Source: an uncultured Lachnospiraceae bacterium
Lineage (GTDB): Bacteria; Bacillota; Clostridia; Lachnospirales; Lachnospiraceae
Direction: 5' to 3'
DNA length: 64,000 nt
Assembly (NCBI GenBank): GCA_946623875.1
Contig: CAMORO010000004.1
Coordinates: 2,997 to 66,996, forward strand
The notes beneath the pieces were generated by a model. The model was not told where the DNA came from. It saw only the letters and a list, made by a program, of their open reading frames with translations, and searched no databases. The position numbers were made by a program, and so were the translations under genes. Numbering within the stretch: the first letter of the stretch is position 1; each line of letters starts with the position of its first letter. This document shows positions 47,536 through 56,671 of the stretch, in pieces.

Positions 47536-47561
47536 CTATTTTGATTAAAGTCAAGTAAAGT

Positions 47562-50500
47562 GTGGTGAGGAACTTGCATGAGATAGTAGATAAACTTGTT
47601 AACGGGTTTTTCGATTATGACAACGGAAAGCTCTCTTTTTCTGTGTCAAGAATTGAAGAGTCGCTTCCCGCAGGTGAGCTGTATGAAGGTTCCTTTACCA
47701 TTTTCAGCAGGGACTCGCTTCCTGTTTCCGGTAAGGTGTATACATCCAATATGAGGCTTGTCTGCCGTATCGACAGCTTTAATGCCAGCAGGGTGGATGT
47801 TGCATTTATGTTTGCAACAACCGGTCTTGAACCCGGTGATCTTATAAAGGGAGATGTCCAGATAGTATCAAACAAGGGTGAATACTACATTCCGTTTGCT
47901 TTTTCGATCGTAAGAAGCATTGTGAAGAATTCTCTGGGCAACGTAAAAAACCTGTTCCACTTTACCAATCAGGCACAGACGAGCTGGGATGAGGCGGTTT
48001 CTTTGTTCTATGCAAGGGATTTCGTTCAGGTCTTTGAGGGAAACGAACAGCAGAATCTTATCAAATACCGCGGATTTTCCAACAGGATCGGAAATGAGGA
48101 GAGTGTTGATGATTTCCTTATAGCCATAAACAAGAAGCAGCCCGTAATGTATTCCGTCGATAAGACATATCATGAACTTACCAATATTACCGAAACACTC
48201 AGATGTGAGCTGCCGATAAGGAAGTCGACATGGGGCTATGTGAATGTTAAAGCCACATCGGACAGCAGTTTTCTTCGTGTTGAAAAAGATACACTCACAT
48301 CAAATGATTTTCTCGGAAATGTACACCGTTTTGTCTTTTTTATTGAAGAAGACAGGCTTCATGAGGGCAGGAATTTCGGAAGGCTCATTTTCGAAAGCTC
48401 TCATCAGAAGCTGACCGTGACCATAGTTGCCTCCAAACGTATGAGTAATGAAGGCCTCAGGATAGAAAGACGTGAGAAACGTAACCTTACGATGCGTCTG
48501 ATGCGCTGTTATATTGCCTTCAGGACAAAGCATATAAGCGTTAATACATGGATAAGGGATTCGCTTAAAATAGTGGAACGTCTCAATGTTCTGGACGACA
48601 AGAATCCCGAATCAAGGCTTTTTCAGGCTCAGCTTCTGCTGGTTTCACAAAGATACAACGAAGCCAAGTGGATACTGGATCATGTTGCCAATGATCTTAA
48701 GATAATGAGGAAGGAACCGACCATATACAGCTACTATCTTTATCTGACAACTCTGTATATGCGGGATGATGCATATATAAATGAAAAGGCCGGGGAAGTA
48801 GAGGAACTGTATAAGGAAAACAGGGACGATTACAGGATATTGTGGACCCTTATGTATCTTGATGAGGATCTGTCAAACAATCATGTGCGTAAGATCGAAC
48901 TCATAGATGAACAGTATAAAAGGGGATGCCGCAGTCCCATCATATATGTTGAAGCCTACCAGTACTATGTGAATAATCCGGCCACGCTTACACGGCTGGA
49001 TGAAATGGAGATACAGATCCTTTACTGGGCAGCGAAGAACGGACTCATGAACAACGAACTGTGCAAGCAGATACTGTATATATGTGCGCGCACCAGGGAG
49101 TTTTCTCCAGCGCTGCTTAAGCTTCTTATAAAGATACATAAGATAAATGAAGATCCGGATGTGGTCAGTGCTATATGTTCCATGCTTATCAAGGCAAACA
49201 AGACCGACAGTGAGTATTTCGAATGGTACAGCAGGGGAGTTGAGCTTGAGCTGCGTATCACCAAGCTGTACGAGTATTATATGCTGTCCGTACCGATGGA
49301 TCATGAGGAACTTCTGCCCAAATCGGTGATCATGTATTTCGGGTTCAGAAATCATATGGATTATGTGCATCTTGCTTATCTGTATACCAACATGCTCAAG
49401 CACAGGATGGATATCCAGAAGCTGTGTGAGGAATATGAGCCTACCATGAAGAGCTTCGCCGAAGAACAGATCGCGGGAGGAAAGATAAACAGGGATCTTG
49501 CTTATCTTTATGAGCATGTCTGTCCGCCGCAGGAGGTTAAGCCCGATATGGTCAACGCGTTTGTGCGGCTGCTGTTCTCGGTGGATGTGGTTATTAAGGA
49601 TCCGGGGATCAAAAGGATATGTGTGATCCAGGAGGAGTTTGAGGGCGAAGGGATCTATCAGGTTGAGAACGGCCATGCATATCCCGAAGTGTACAGCAGC
49701 AGGTATATGGTGTTTGGCGAGGACGCAGACGGAAGGCGGACTGTGATCTCTCCCGAAAACATATCAAGACTTATGGATGAAACTCAGTATATTCCGTATA
49801 TCAAGAACTACGTAACAGACAATCCGGGCTTCAATCTGTATCTGTGCAACGGAAGAAGACATTATATAACTGTCGATGACAATAATGTCGAGTACTGCAG
49901 GAATCTGGTCGATTCCGTGGATATCAAGGAAAGTTTTAAGCGGGATGTCCGGATGGAACTTTTAAGGTATTACTATGATAACAATGCCATAAGCACGCTG
50001 GACGAGTTCCTTATAAATATAGATCCGTCCATACTGAGTGTAAAGGACAGGGCGGAGCTTCTCGGATACTTTGTTATGAGGGGCATGTATGAGGCTGCTT
50101 ATGAGATAGTCACTGTTTACGGCGCTGAAAAGGTTCCCGTTAAGACACTTGTCAGAATATGTTCGCATATGATAGGCAAGAAAGAGGAGCTTTATGACGT
50201 TATGCTCGTCAAGGTGGCTTATCATGCTTTCATTAAGGGCAAGTATGATGTGCTGACACTGCAGTATCTGGTCGACCACTTTAACGGCCTGACCAAGGAA
50301 CTGAGAAATCTGTGGAAAGCAGCCAGGGAGTTTGACGTTGATTATTTCCAGTTGATGGAGAAGCTGATCATCCAGATGCTGCTGACAAGGACAACAATAG
50401 GTGAAAAAGAGGAACTTTTTGAGGAGTATTTAAGGCAGGGACCCAATACAAGGGTCGAGCTTGCGTACCTTTCGTACAATGCCTACGATTACTTTGTAAA

Positions 50501-51128
50501 GGACAGGATGCTTGACGGCAGGATATTTGAACACATACTCAAGAATTACAGGAGGGGAGAAGAGTTAAATGATGCCTGCAAGCTGGCGATCCTCAAGCAT
50601 TATGCCGAGGAACGTGATGAGGAGAACGAAGAACTTAAGGAAATGATAGTTACTTTTCTTAAAGAGTATACACAGAGAAATATCTATTTTGAGTTTTTCA
50701 AAAGGTACACGAAGCTTTTACCGGGGCTTGCTGAGTATAATGATAAGACGATAATCGAATATAAGACCAATCCGGCTGCAAGAGTCAGATTACATTATAT
50801 TATAGAGAGCAACGAAATGGATGATAATTATCATACCGATGAAATGAGAAATATGTACGGTGGTATATTCTCACGGGAATTTGTGCTGTTTTTCGGTGAG
50901 AATCTCCAATACTATATTTCAGAGGAGCTTGATGGCAGGGAATCCTTTACATTCTCGGATTCGATATCGGTGTCGGATACCGTTTCGCAGATGGGAAGTT
51001 CCAGATATGCCCTGTTAAATGATATGGTAGTGTCCAAAACGCTTCAGGATGATGATACACTGATGCAGCTGATGGAGGAATATGTCACTGATGAGTGTTT
51101 TGCGGAAAGTGTGTTCACCTGTATTTAG
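47562..51128 (+). CDS. Uncharacterised 1188-aa cytoplasmic protein (beta-rich N-terminal modules, about 750 aa helical-repeat-like core, beta-rich C-terminal module)
   Basis: A long uninterrupted ORF with genome-typical codon usage. No signal peptide or TM and no catalytic motif that I recognise. The start codon is uncertain (GTG 47562 with a weak SD). Confidence 0.8.
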   Translation: MVRNLHEIVDKLVNGFFDYDNGKLSFSVSRIEESLPAGELYEGSFTIFSRDSLPVSGKVYTSNMRLVCRIDSFNASRVDVAFMFATTGLEPGDLIKGDVQIVSNKGEYYIPFAFSIVRSIVKNSLGNVKNLFHFTNQAQTSWDEAVSLFYARDFVQVFEGNEQQNLIKYRGFSNRIGNEESVDDFLIAINKKQPVMYSVDKTYHELTNITETLRCELPIRKSTWGYVNVKATSDSSFLRVEKDTLTSNDFLGNVHRFVFFIEEDRLHEGRNFGRLIFESSHQKLTVTIVASKRMSNEGLRIERREKRNLTMRLMRCYIAFRTKHISVNTWIRDSLKIVERLNVLDDKNPESRLFQAQLLLVSQRYNEAKWILDHVANDLKIMRKEPTIYSYYLYLTTLYMRDDAYINEKAGEVEELYKENRDDYRILWTLMYLDEDLSNNHVRKIELIDEQYKRGCRSPIIYVEAYQYYVNNPATLTRLDEMEIQILYWAAKNGLMNNELCKQILYICARTREFSPALLKLLIKIHKINEDPDVVSAICSMLIKANKTDSEYFEWYSRGVELELRITKLYEYYMLSVPMDHEELLPKSVIMYFGFRNHMDYVHLAYLYTNMLKHRMDIQKLCEEYEPTMKSFAEEQIAGGKINRDLAYLYEHVCPPQEVKPDMVNAFVRLLFSVDVVIKDPGIKRICVIQEEFEGEGIYQVENGHAYPEVYSSRYMVFGEDADGRRTVISPENISRLMDETQYIPYIKNYVTDNPGFNLYLCNGRRHYITVDDNNVEYCRNLVDSVDIKESFKRDVRMELLRYYYDNNAISTLDEFLINIDPSILSVKDRAELLGYFVMRGMYEAAYEIVTVYGAEKVPVKTLVRICSHMIGKKEELYDVMLVKVAYHAFIKGKYDVLTLQYLVDHFNGLTKELRNLWKAAREFDVDYFQLMEKLIIQMLLTRTTIGEKEELFEEYLRQGPNTRVELAYLSYNAYDYFVKDRMLDGRIFEHILKNYRRGEELNDACKLAILKHYAEERDEENEELKEMIVTFLKEYTQRNIYFEFFKRYTKLLPGLAEYNDKTIIEYKTNPAARVRLHYIIESNEMDDNYHTDEMRNMYGGIFSREFVLFFGENLQYYISEELDGRESFTFSDSISVSDTVSQMGSSRYALLNDMVVSKTLQDDDTLMQLMEEYVTDECFAESVFTCI

Positions 51129-51150
51129 GCCGGTATAGTGCGGAGGATAA

Positions 51151-52479
51151 ATGGATAACAGTACACGGTATGTTGTGGGTTACGATCTGAATGACCTGCT
51201 CACACAGATCAGCTATTTTGAACTGAATAATGATGATCCGAAGACACTTGTTTCAGACGGTGAAAACGAGAGGCTGGGCATCCCGACGGTGTTATGCAAG
51301 AGGAAGAAGGTCAATCAATGGAGCTTTGGGACTGAAGCTACAAGGCTTATCATGAATGATGAGGGAGCCGAGGTTAACAAGCTCCTGACACTTGCGCTTC
51401 GCTCGGGAAGCATAACTATAGATGGTGAGGAATTCAACGGGATAGATCTTCTCATACTGTTTATGAGGAAATCCCTTGATCTGTTGTCGGTATATGTGGC
51501 AGTGGATCAGATTGAGTCACTTGTTATTTCCGTTCAAAAGCTCGATCGTGAAATGCTGGCGGTTCTTGAGAGAGTGGCTGCCGCAATACCGGTGGAACGG
51601 GCAAAGATACTTTTCTTAAGCTACAGTGAGAGCGTATATTATTATATGATCCATCAGCAGAGTGAGCTCTGGGATCCTGAATGCGTTGTATTTGACCATG
51701 ACGGAAGGAATATAATGTCATACCATATGAGGCTGAACCACAGGACGACGCCGGTAGTGGGCATGATCGACGAACAATTGTTCAGCAATTATCCGGTTCC
51801 AGAGAAAAAGGTGACTTATGAAGATGAGGACTCCGGTGGCGATACAGGCGGTAAGGCTGATGCCGAATATGAGGAACAGGTGGAGGTTTCCGATAAAAGG
51901 CTGCATGATATGATGCATGATTTCCTTATGTCAAGGCCGATCCGTTCGGTATATCTGCTGGGAGCAGGGTTTGACGGTGAATGGTGCAAAAAGACTATAG
52001 GCTTTCTGTGTGTCGGAAGACGCGTGTTTCAGGGAAGGAATATGTATTCGAAGGGCGCCTGTTACTTCGGCATGGACAGGCTTATACCGACAAAGCTTAA
52101 CGAGGATTATCTGTTCCTTGGTAAGGACAAGCTTCAGTTTAACCTCGGGATCCTGATGGACAGAGGCGCCAAAGAGGAATATATAGCACTTGCGGATGGC
52201 GGTGAGAACTGGTTTGATATCGGTACCGAGGTGGAATTCATACTTGCGGGGGGCAGTAAGGTCGATCTGATTGTTACACCCCTTGACGGTAAAGCCGTAA
52301 GAACGGTATCGATCGGACTTGACGGTCTTCCGGGCAGGCCGCCCAAGACTACCAGACTTAAGATGAATGTGGGCTTTCAGTCGGGCAGTAAGGTCAAGGT
52401 TGTGATAGAGGATCTTGGATTTGGTGAGATCTTTCCTGCCACGGGTATGAGATGGGAACAGGAGACTGAGATAGAGTAA
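51151..52479 (+). CDS. Hsp70/actin-fold homologue with degenerate nucleotide-binding loops and an Hsp70 SBD-beta-like tail
   Basis: VVGYDLNDLLTQISY aligns with the DnaK IGIDLGTTNS motif. IPTVL and FGTEA follow. ECVVFDHDGRNIMSY aligns with DLGGGTFD, and VYLLGAGFDGEW with LVGGSTRIP. The C-terminal LPGRPPKTTRLKMNVGFQSGSKVKVVIEDLGFGE aligns with the PRG.PQIEVTFDID.NG motif. RBS GCGGAGGA upstream. Confidence 0.65.
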   Translation: MDNSTRYVVGYDLNDLLTQISYFELNNDDPKTLVSDGENERLGIPTVLCKRKKVNQWSFGTEATRLIMNDEGAEVNKLLTLALRSGSITIDGEEFNGIDLLILFMRKSLDLLSVYVAVDQIESLVISVQKLDREMLAVLERVAAAIPVERAKILFLSYSESVYYYMIHQQSELWDPECVVFDHDGRNIMSYHMRLNHRTTPVVGMIDEQLFSNYPVPEKKVTYEDEDSGGDTGGKADAEYEEQVEVSDKRLHDMMHDFLMSRPIRSVYLLGAGFDGEWCKKTIGFLCVGRRVFQGRNMYSKGACYFGMDRLIPTKLNEDYLFLGKDKLQFNLGILMDRGAKEEYIALADGGENWFDIGTEVEFILAGGSKVDLIVTPLDGKAVRTVSIGLDGLPGRPPKTTRLKMNVGFQSGSKVKVVIEDLGFGEIFPATGMRWEQETEIE

Positions 52480-52494
52480 AGGGAACATACGAAT

Positions 52495-53337
52495 ATGTCC
52501 AATCTTTTATTGTGCCATGGTAAGATGGCGGACAAACCATATAATGTTACCGGGCTTTCCGTAAATGTTTATTCCGCTGAGGAACTGTGCTATGTTCTTG
52601 CACAGAATGCACATACGCTTGACAGGGATTTCATGGTAGAGTCTCTGTGCAGCTTTATCGGCGAACAGCTCGGGCTTAAGGAGCTTGCCGCAAAGCTTCG
52701 GGAAATCATCGAAATTGACGGCAGTCTTACTGATTTTGTTACAGCCATATTGACGGAGGTTGCATACTGCGATCAGGATGAAATAAGAAATGTAAAACAG
52801 ATACTTATTGACAGTTCCGGGTTGAGCCCCGCAAGAAAGCACAAGAGCCGGGGAGACAATCTTCTTAAGGCAAGGCGTTATGCGAGGGCGCTGGACGAGT
52901 ACAGGGGAACACTTGACCGGATAGATCCGGATGCGGAACCGGTGTTATATGCGTCGGTACTGCACAATACGGGTACGGCTTATGCCAGGCTTCTGACTTA
53001 TGAAAAAGCCGCGGAATGCTATCTTGAGGCTTACAGACTCAGTATGGATGATGATACGTTGAAGCTGTATCTTGTCTGCTGCCGCATATATATGGATGAT
53101 GACGAATACAAACGTATGCTGATAAGATGCGGTTATCCTCAGGATATCATAAATGAGGCCGAGCAGATCGTGGCTAAAAGGACAGAATACAGGGATCCGC
53201 AGAATTCATATGTAAAGGAGCTTGAGGAGCTCAAGGCTCTTAAAAAAGAGGGAAGGATAAGCAGTTACTATATAGCTGTCGATCAGACCATAGACTCATG
53301 GAAGAATGACTACAGGATGGAGATGATCCTTCATTAG
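52495..53337 (+). CDS. Uncharacterised 280-aa protein with a TPR-like helical pair
   Basis: GDNLLKARRYARALDEYRGTL ... LHNTGTAYARLLTYEKAAECYLEAYRL resembles two TPR units. Tightly coupled within the operon. Confidence 0.6.
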   Translation: MSNLLLCHGKMADKPYNVTGLSVNVYSAEELCYVLAQNAHTLDRDFMVESLCSFIGEQLGLKELAAKLREIIEIDGSLTDFVTAILTEVAYCDQDEIRNVKQILIDSSGLSPARKHKSRGDNLLKARRYARALDEYRGTLDRIDPDAEPVLYASVLHNTGTAYARLLTYEKAAECYLEAYRLSMDDDTLKLYLVCCRIYMDDDEYKRMLIRCGYPQDIINEAEQIVAKRTEYRDPQNSYVKELEELKALKKEGRISSYYIAVDQTIDSWKNDYRMEMILH

Positions 53338-53349
53338 GAGGAGATGCCG

Positions 53350-54582
53350 ATGAGGTTATTTGACTTTATAAAGGAAAAGCTCGGTTTTGACGATGATGAT
53401 GAGGATGATGATCTTGACTTTGGCGCGGGAATGACCTTTGATGAGGGAGATGACGATGATGCCGAAGAGATCCGTGAGAAGCTGAAGAGGACAGGTATTA
53501 AGCTTGCCGACATCAATATCCTTGATTACCGTGAAAGAGAGCTCTACGTCAGGGATAAGTGTGAGATGATGAAGGCGGCGGCCGATGATCTTAAGGGCCA
53601 GCGTCACGAATATGAAAGGGTCACCCAGCAGCTTGCCGATATTGATGAGGTCTGCGCTCTGTCACTGACTCAGTTTTCCGAACTGGTCAGACTAGCCAAG
53701 CGTATAGAGAAGATTGAGGAAGATGAGGAGAAGTATGAACGTCCGCTCACCAAGATAACAGAAGCCCAATATCGTGATATAGAGCGGCGGGAGAAGGAAA
53801 TACCGGATGTTATAAAGAAGATAAAGGCTGAAGAAGACCATCAGATGACAATAAAGCGGGATCTTAACCTGCTCGAAGGAGAGAAGGGTGCTCTGGCTTA
53901 TCAGCGCAGAGAGGACAGACACCGGGCTGCAAATGCCAAGGCATTTGCCTTTGTGGCTACACTCGTATCCGTGCTGGCCGCTGCGTTACTGTTTATCCTG
54001 CAGATGACACTTAACTTTGATGTGCGTATAGGGTATTATGTGGTGCTTGCCTTTTTCTGTCTTGCACTTACGGGGGTGAGCGTTACATTTAAGAATTCGC
54101 AGGATTCGCAGGTGAAGACGGAGAAGAAGATCAATAAAGCGATAACGCTGCAGAACAGCGTCAAGATAAAATATGTCAATACGACAAATCTCATTGATTT
54201 CTACTATACAAAGTACAATATCAACAATTCCTATGAGCTTAACTATATGTGGGAGAAATACCTTGAAGAGAAGGCTGCCAGGCATCATTCCGAAGAGGTT
54301 GCCGAGAAAATAGAGAAAGCAAGGAAAGAACTGATAAACGAACTGAGGAAATTCAGGCTTAACGATCCCTCGATGTTCGTATACAGAACAGAGCTTCTGA
54401 CTGATGAAGATGTAATGCAGGATGTACGCCGTAAGCTCATTATACAGAGAAAAAAGCTTAAGAAAGGCATGGATTTCAACAATTACAGTATGGATAATTC
54501 AAAGGAAGAGATCGAGGCACTGGTCAGGGAGTATCCGAAGTTTGGTAACGAGATACTGGCAATAGTGAGTCAGTATCAGTAA
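53350..54582 (+). CDS. Uncharacterised coiled-coil membrane protein (poly-acidic N-terminus, 2-TM hairpin)
   Basis: DDDDEDDDLDF..DEGDDDDAEE near the N-terminus. Heptad-like Lys/Glu-rich stretches. TM segments FAFVATLVSVLAAALLFIL and YYVVLAFFCLALTGVSV. ATG 53350 is better spaced from AGGAGGAG than the listed 53344. Confidence 0.7.
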   Translation: MRLFDFIKEKLGFDDDDEDDDLDFGAGMTFDEGDDDDAEEIREKLKRTGIKLADINILDYRERELYVRDKCEMMKAAADDLKGQRHEYERVTQQLADIDEVCALSLTQFSELVRLAKRIEKIEEDEEKYERPLTKITEAQYRDIERREKEIPDVIKKIKAEEDHQMTIKRDLNLLEGEKGALAYQRREDRHRAANAKAFAFVATLVSVLAAALLFILQMTLNFDVRIGYYVVLAFFCLALTGVSVTFKNSQDSQVKTEKKINKAITLQNSVKIKYVNTTNLIDFYYTKYNINNSYELNYMWEKYLEEKAARHHSEEVAEKIEKARKELINELRKFRLNDPSMFVYRTELLTDEDVMQDVRRKLIIQRKKLKKGMDFNNYSMDNSKEEIEALVREYPKFGNEILAIVSQYQ

Positions 54583-54635
54583 TCCTTGATTTATGCATGG
54601 AAACATGGTAGTATTTTGCATTGGTGAGCAACAGG

Positions 54636-54989
54636 TCAACTGTCGGATATCCTCTGTTCGAAATCGTCGAGCATTTTGGATACCCGGGGAGATATAGAAA
54701 CAAACTCGCACCCGTAGCGGTAGCGGTTATCATCGATCGCCTGTGAGCGGATGATCCTTATATCGGTGATGATCTGCGGAAGCTCGCGATCCAGTTCGAT
54801 ATTTGAGATAAATATACAGCCTATGGGAAGGACGGCATCCGATATAAATCCCAGTCCTTTGGCCGAAATGTCAGTGACTTCGATAGGTGCCGATATGTCC
54901 AGCAGTGTATTTGAGCTTTCCGTATATAAGTCTGACACCGAAAGCTTTATATTGATCGGTATTCTTTTTTCTTTGCGTTTTTCGTGCAT
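54636..54989 (-). CDS. Single-domain PilZ c-di-GMP receptor
   Basis: RxxxR (RKEKR) and DxSxxG (DISAKGLG) motifs at the expected spacing. 117 aa. Confidence 0.8.
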   Translation of the reverse strand: MHEKRKEKRIPINIKLSVSDLYTESSNTLLDISAPIEVTDISAKGLGFISDAVLPIGCIFISNIELDRELPQIITDIRIIRSQAIDDNRYRYGCEFVSISPRVSKMLDDFEQRISDS

Positions 54990-55157
54990 TGACCCGTACT
55001 CCGGTAATTTGTTATTTCTTCAGTACTTAAGAACATTTATAAATGTGCTGTATATAGATTATATCTCAATGCCCATGCATTATCAAGAGCATGCATCATG
55101 GCACCGGGATGATGAGTTACATTGTGTTAGATACAACAGATAGGGAAAGGGAAAAAT

Positions 55158-56588
55158 ATGACAAACAGATATGTGAGTCCTTTGTCGGAAAGATATGCCA
55201 GCGAGGAGATGCAGTACATCTTTTCGCCCGATATGAAATTCAGGACATGGAGGAGACTGTGGATAGCACTGGCCGAGACGGAAATGGAACTGGGTCTTAA
55301 CATAACCCGGGAACAGATAGACGAACTCAAGGAGCACGCCGAGGATATCAATTATGATGTGGCCAGAAAGAGGGAAAAGGAAGTGCGCCACGACGTCATG
55401 AGCCATGTTTATGCTTACGGTGTACAATGTCCGAAGGCAAAGGGCATAATCCATCTGGGAGCTACATCCTGTTATGTGGGTGATAATACAGATATCATAG
55501 TTATGAATGAGGCTCTTAAGCTGGTCCGTCGTAAGCTTATTAATGTTATATACGAAATGTCAAAGTTCGCTGACAGGTATAAGGAGCTTCCTACTCTTGC
55601 ATTCACACATTTTCAGCCGGCACAGCCGACAACGGTCGGTAAAAGGGCAACTCTGTGGATGAATGAGTTCATGCTCGATCTTGAGGAGATTGATTTCGTT
55701 CTTTCGACAATGAAGCTTCTCGGATCAAAGGGTACAACCGGAACCCAGGCAAGCTTTCTTGAGCTTTTTGACGGTGATAATGAGAAGATAGACAGGATTG
55801 ATCCGATGATAGCCGCGAAAATGGGCTTCAAGGAGTGCTATCCGGTATCGGGACAGACCTATTCAAGGAAGATCGACACAAGGGTTGCCAATGTCCTTGC
55901 CTCAATTGCCGCCAGCGCGCATAAGTTTTCGAATGACATAAGGCTGCTTCAGCATCTTAAGGAGGTTGAGGAGCCCTTTGAGAAGAACCAGATAGGTTCT
56001 TCCGCAATGGCTTATAAACGTAATCCCATGAGAAGCGAGCGTATAGCTTCACTCAGCCGGTATGTGATGATAGATGCGCTTAATCCGGCGATAACCTCCG
56101 CGACGCAGTGGTTCGAAAGAACACTTGACGATTCGGCCAATAAGAGGCTCAGCATTCCCGAAGGTTTTCTTGCGATAGACGGTGTTCTGGACCTGTGCCT
56201 CAATGTTGTTGACGGGCTGGTTGTATATGACAAGGTCATCGACAGGCATTTAAGGAGCGAGCTTCCCTTTATGGCAACGGAGAATATAATGATGGATGCA
56301 GTAAAGGCGGGCGGTGACAGGCAGGAGCTTCATGAAAGGATAAGGGAGCTTTCCATGGAGGCTGCAAGAAATGTTAAGGAGCGTGGTGAGGAGAATAATC
56401 TTCTTAAGCTTATCGCGGACGATCCGGAGTTCAATATGTCGATAACAGAGCTTAACAGGACTATGGATCCGAAAAAGTATGTGGGACGCGCACCGCAGCA
56501 GGTAGATAAATATCTGAAGGAAGTCATACAGCCCATGCTGGATGCCAATCGGGATGTATTGGGAATGCATGCGGAAATAAATGTTTAG
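55158..56588 (+). CDS. purB: Adenylosuccinate lyase
   Basis: Fumarate-lyase signature GSSAMAYKRNP plus the PurB C-terminal domain. Confidence 0.95.
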   Translation: MTNRYVSPLSERYASEEMQYIFSPDMKFRTWRRLWIALAETEMELGLNITREQIDELKEHAEDINYDVARKREKEVRHDVMSHVYAYGVQCPKAKGIIHLGATSCYVGDNTDIIVMNEALKLVRRKLINVIYEMSKFADRYKELPTLAFTHFQPAQPTTVGKRATLWMNEFMLDLEEIDFVLSTMKLLGSKGTTGTQASFLELFDGDNEKIDRIDPMIAAKMGFKECYPVSGQTYSRKIDTRVANVLASIAASAHKFSNDIRLLQHLKEVEEPFEKNQIGSSAMAYKRNPMRSERIASLSRYVMIDALNPAITSATQWFERTLDDSANKRLSIPEGFLAIDGVLDLCLNVVDGLVVYDKVIDRHLRSELPFMATENIMMDAVKAGGDRQELHERIRELSMEAARNVKERGEENNLLKLIADDPEFNMSITELNRTMDPKKYVGRAPQQVDKYLKEVIQPMLDANRDVLGMHAEINV

Positions 56589-56671
56589 TCTTATATAAAT
56601 CTGATCATGAAAGTTGAGAACAGTCATAAGGGCTCAAACGCCTTATGACAGATGTTAGGAGGAGATGCAAG

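Noticed and set aside
48873-49676. Other long antisense ORFs (10579..11265, 37637..38332, 39663..40370, 48873..49676, 62267..63022, 41642..42202)
   Set aside because: Each is embedded opposite a well-supported gene and has low-complexity or odd composition and no ribosome-binding site. I treat them as shadow ORFs.
55025-55045. PurBox-like sequence (ACTTAAGAACATT) upstream of purB
   Set aside because: It matches the Bacillus PurR PurBox consensus AWWWCCGAACWWT at about 10/13 positions, with the critical CCG changed, and there is no second inverted box at the proper spacing.
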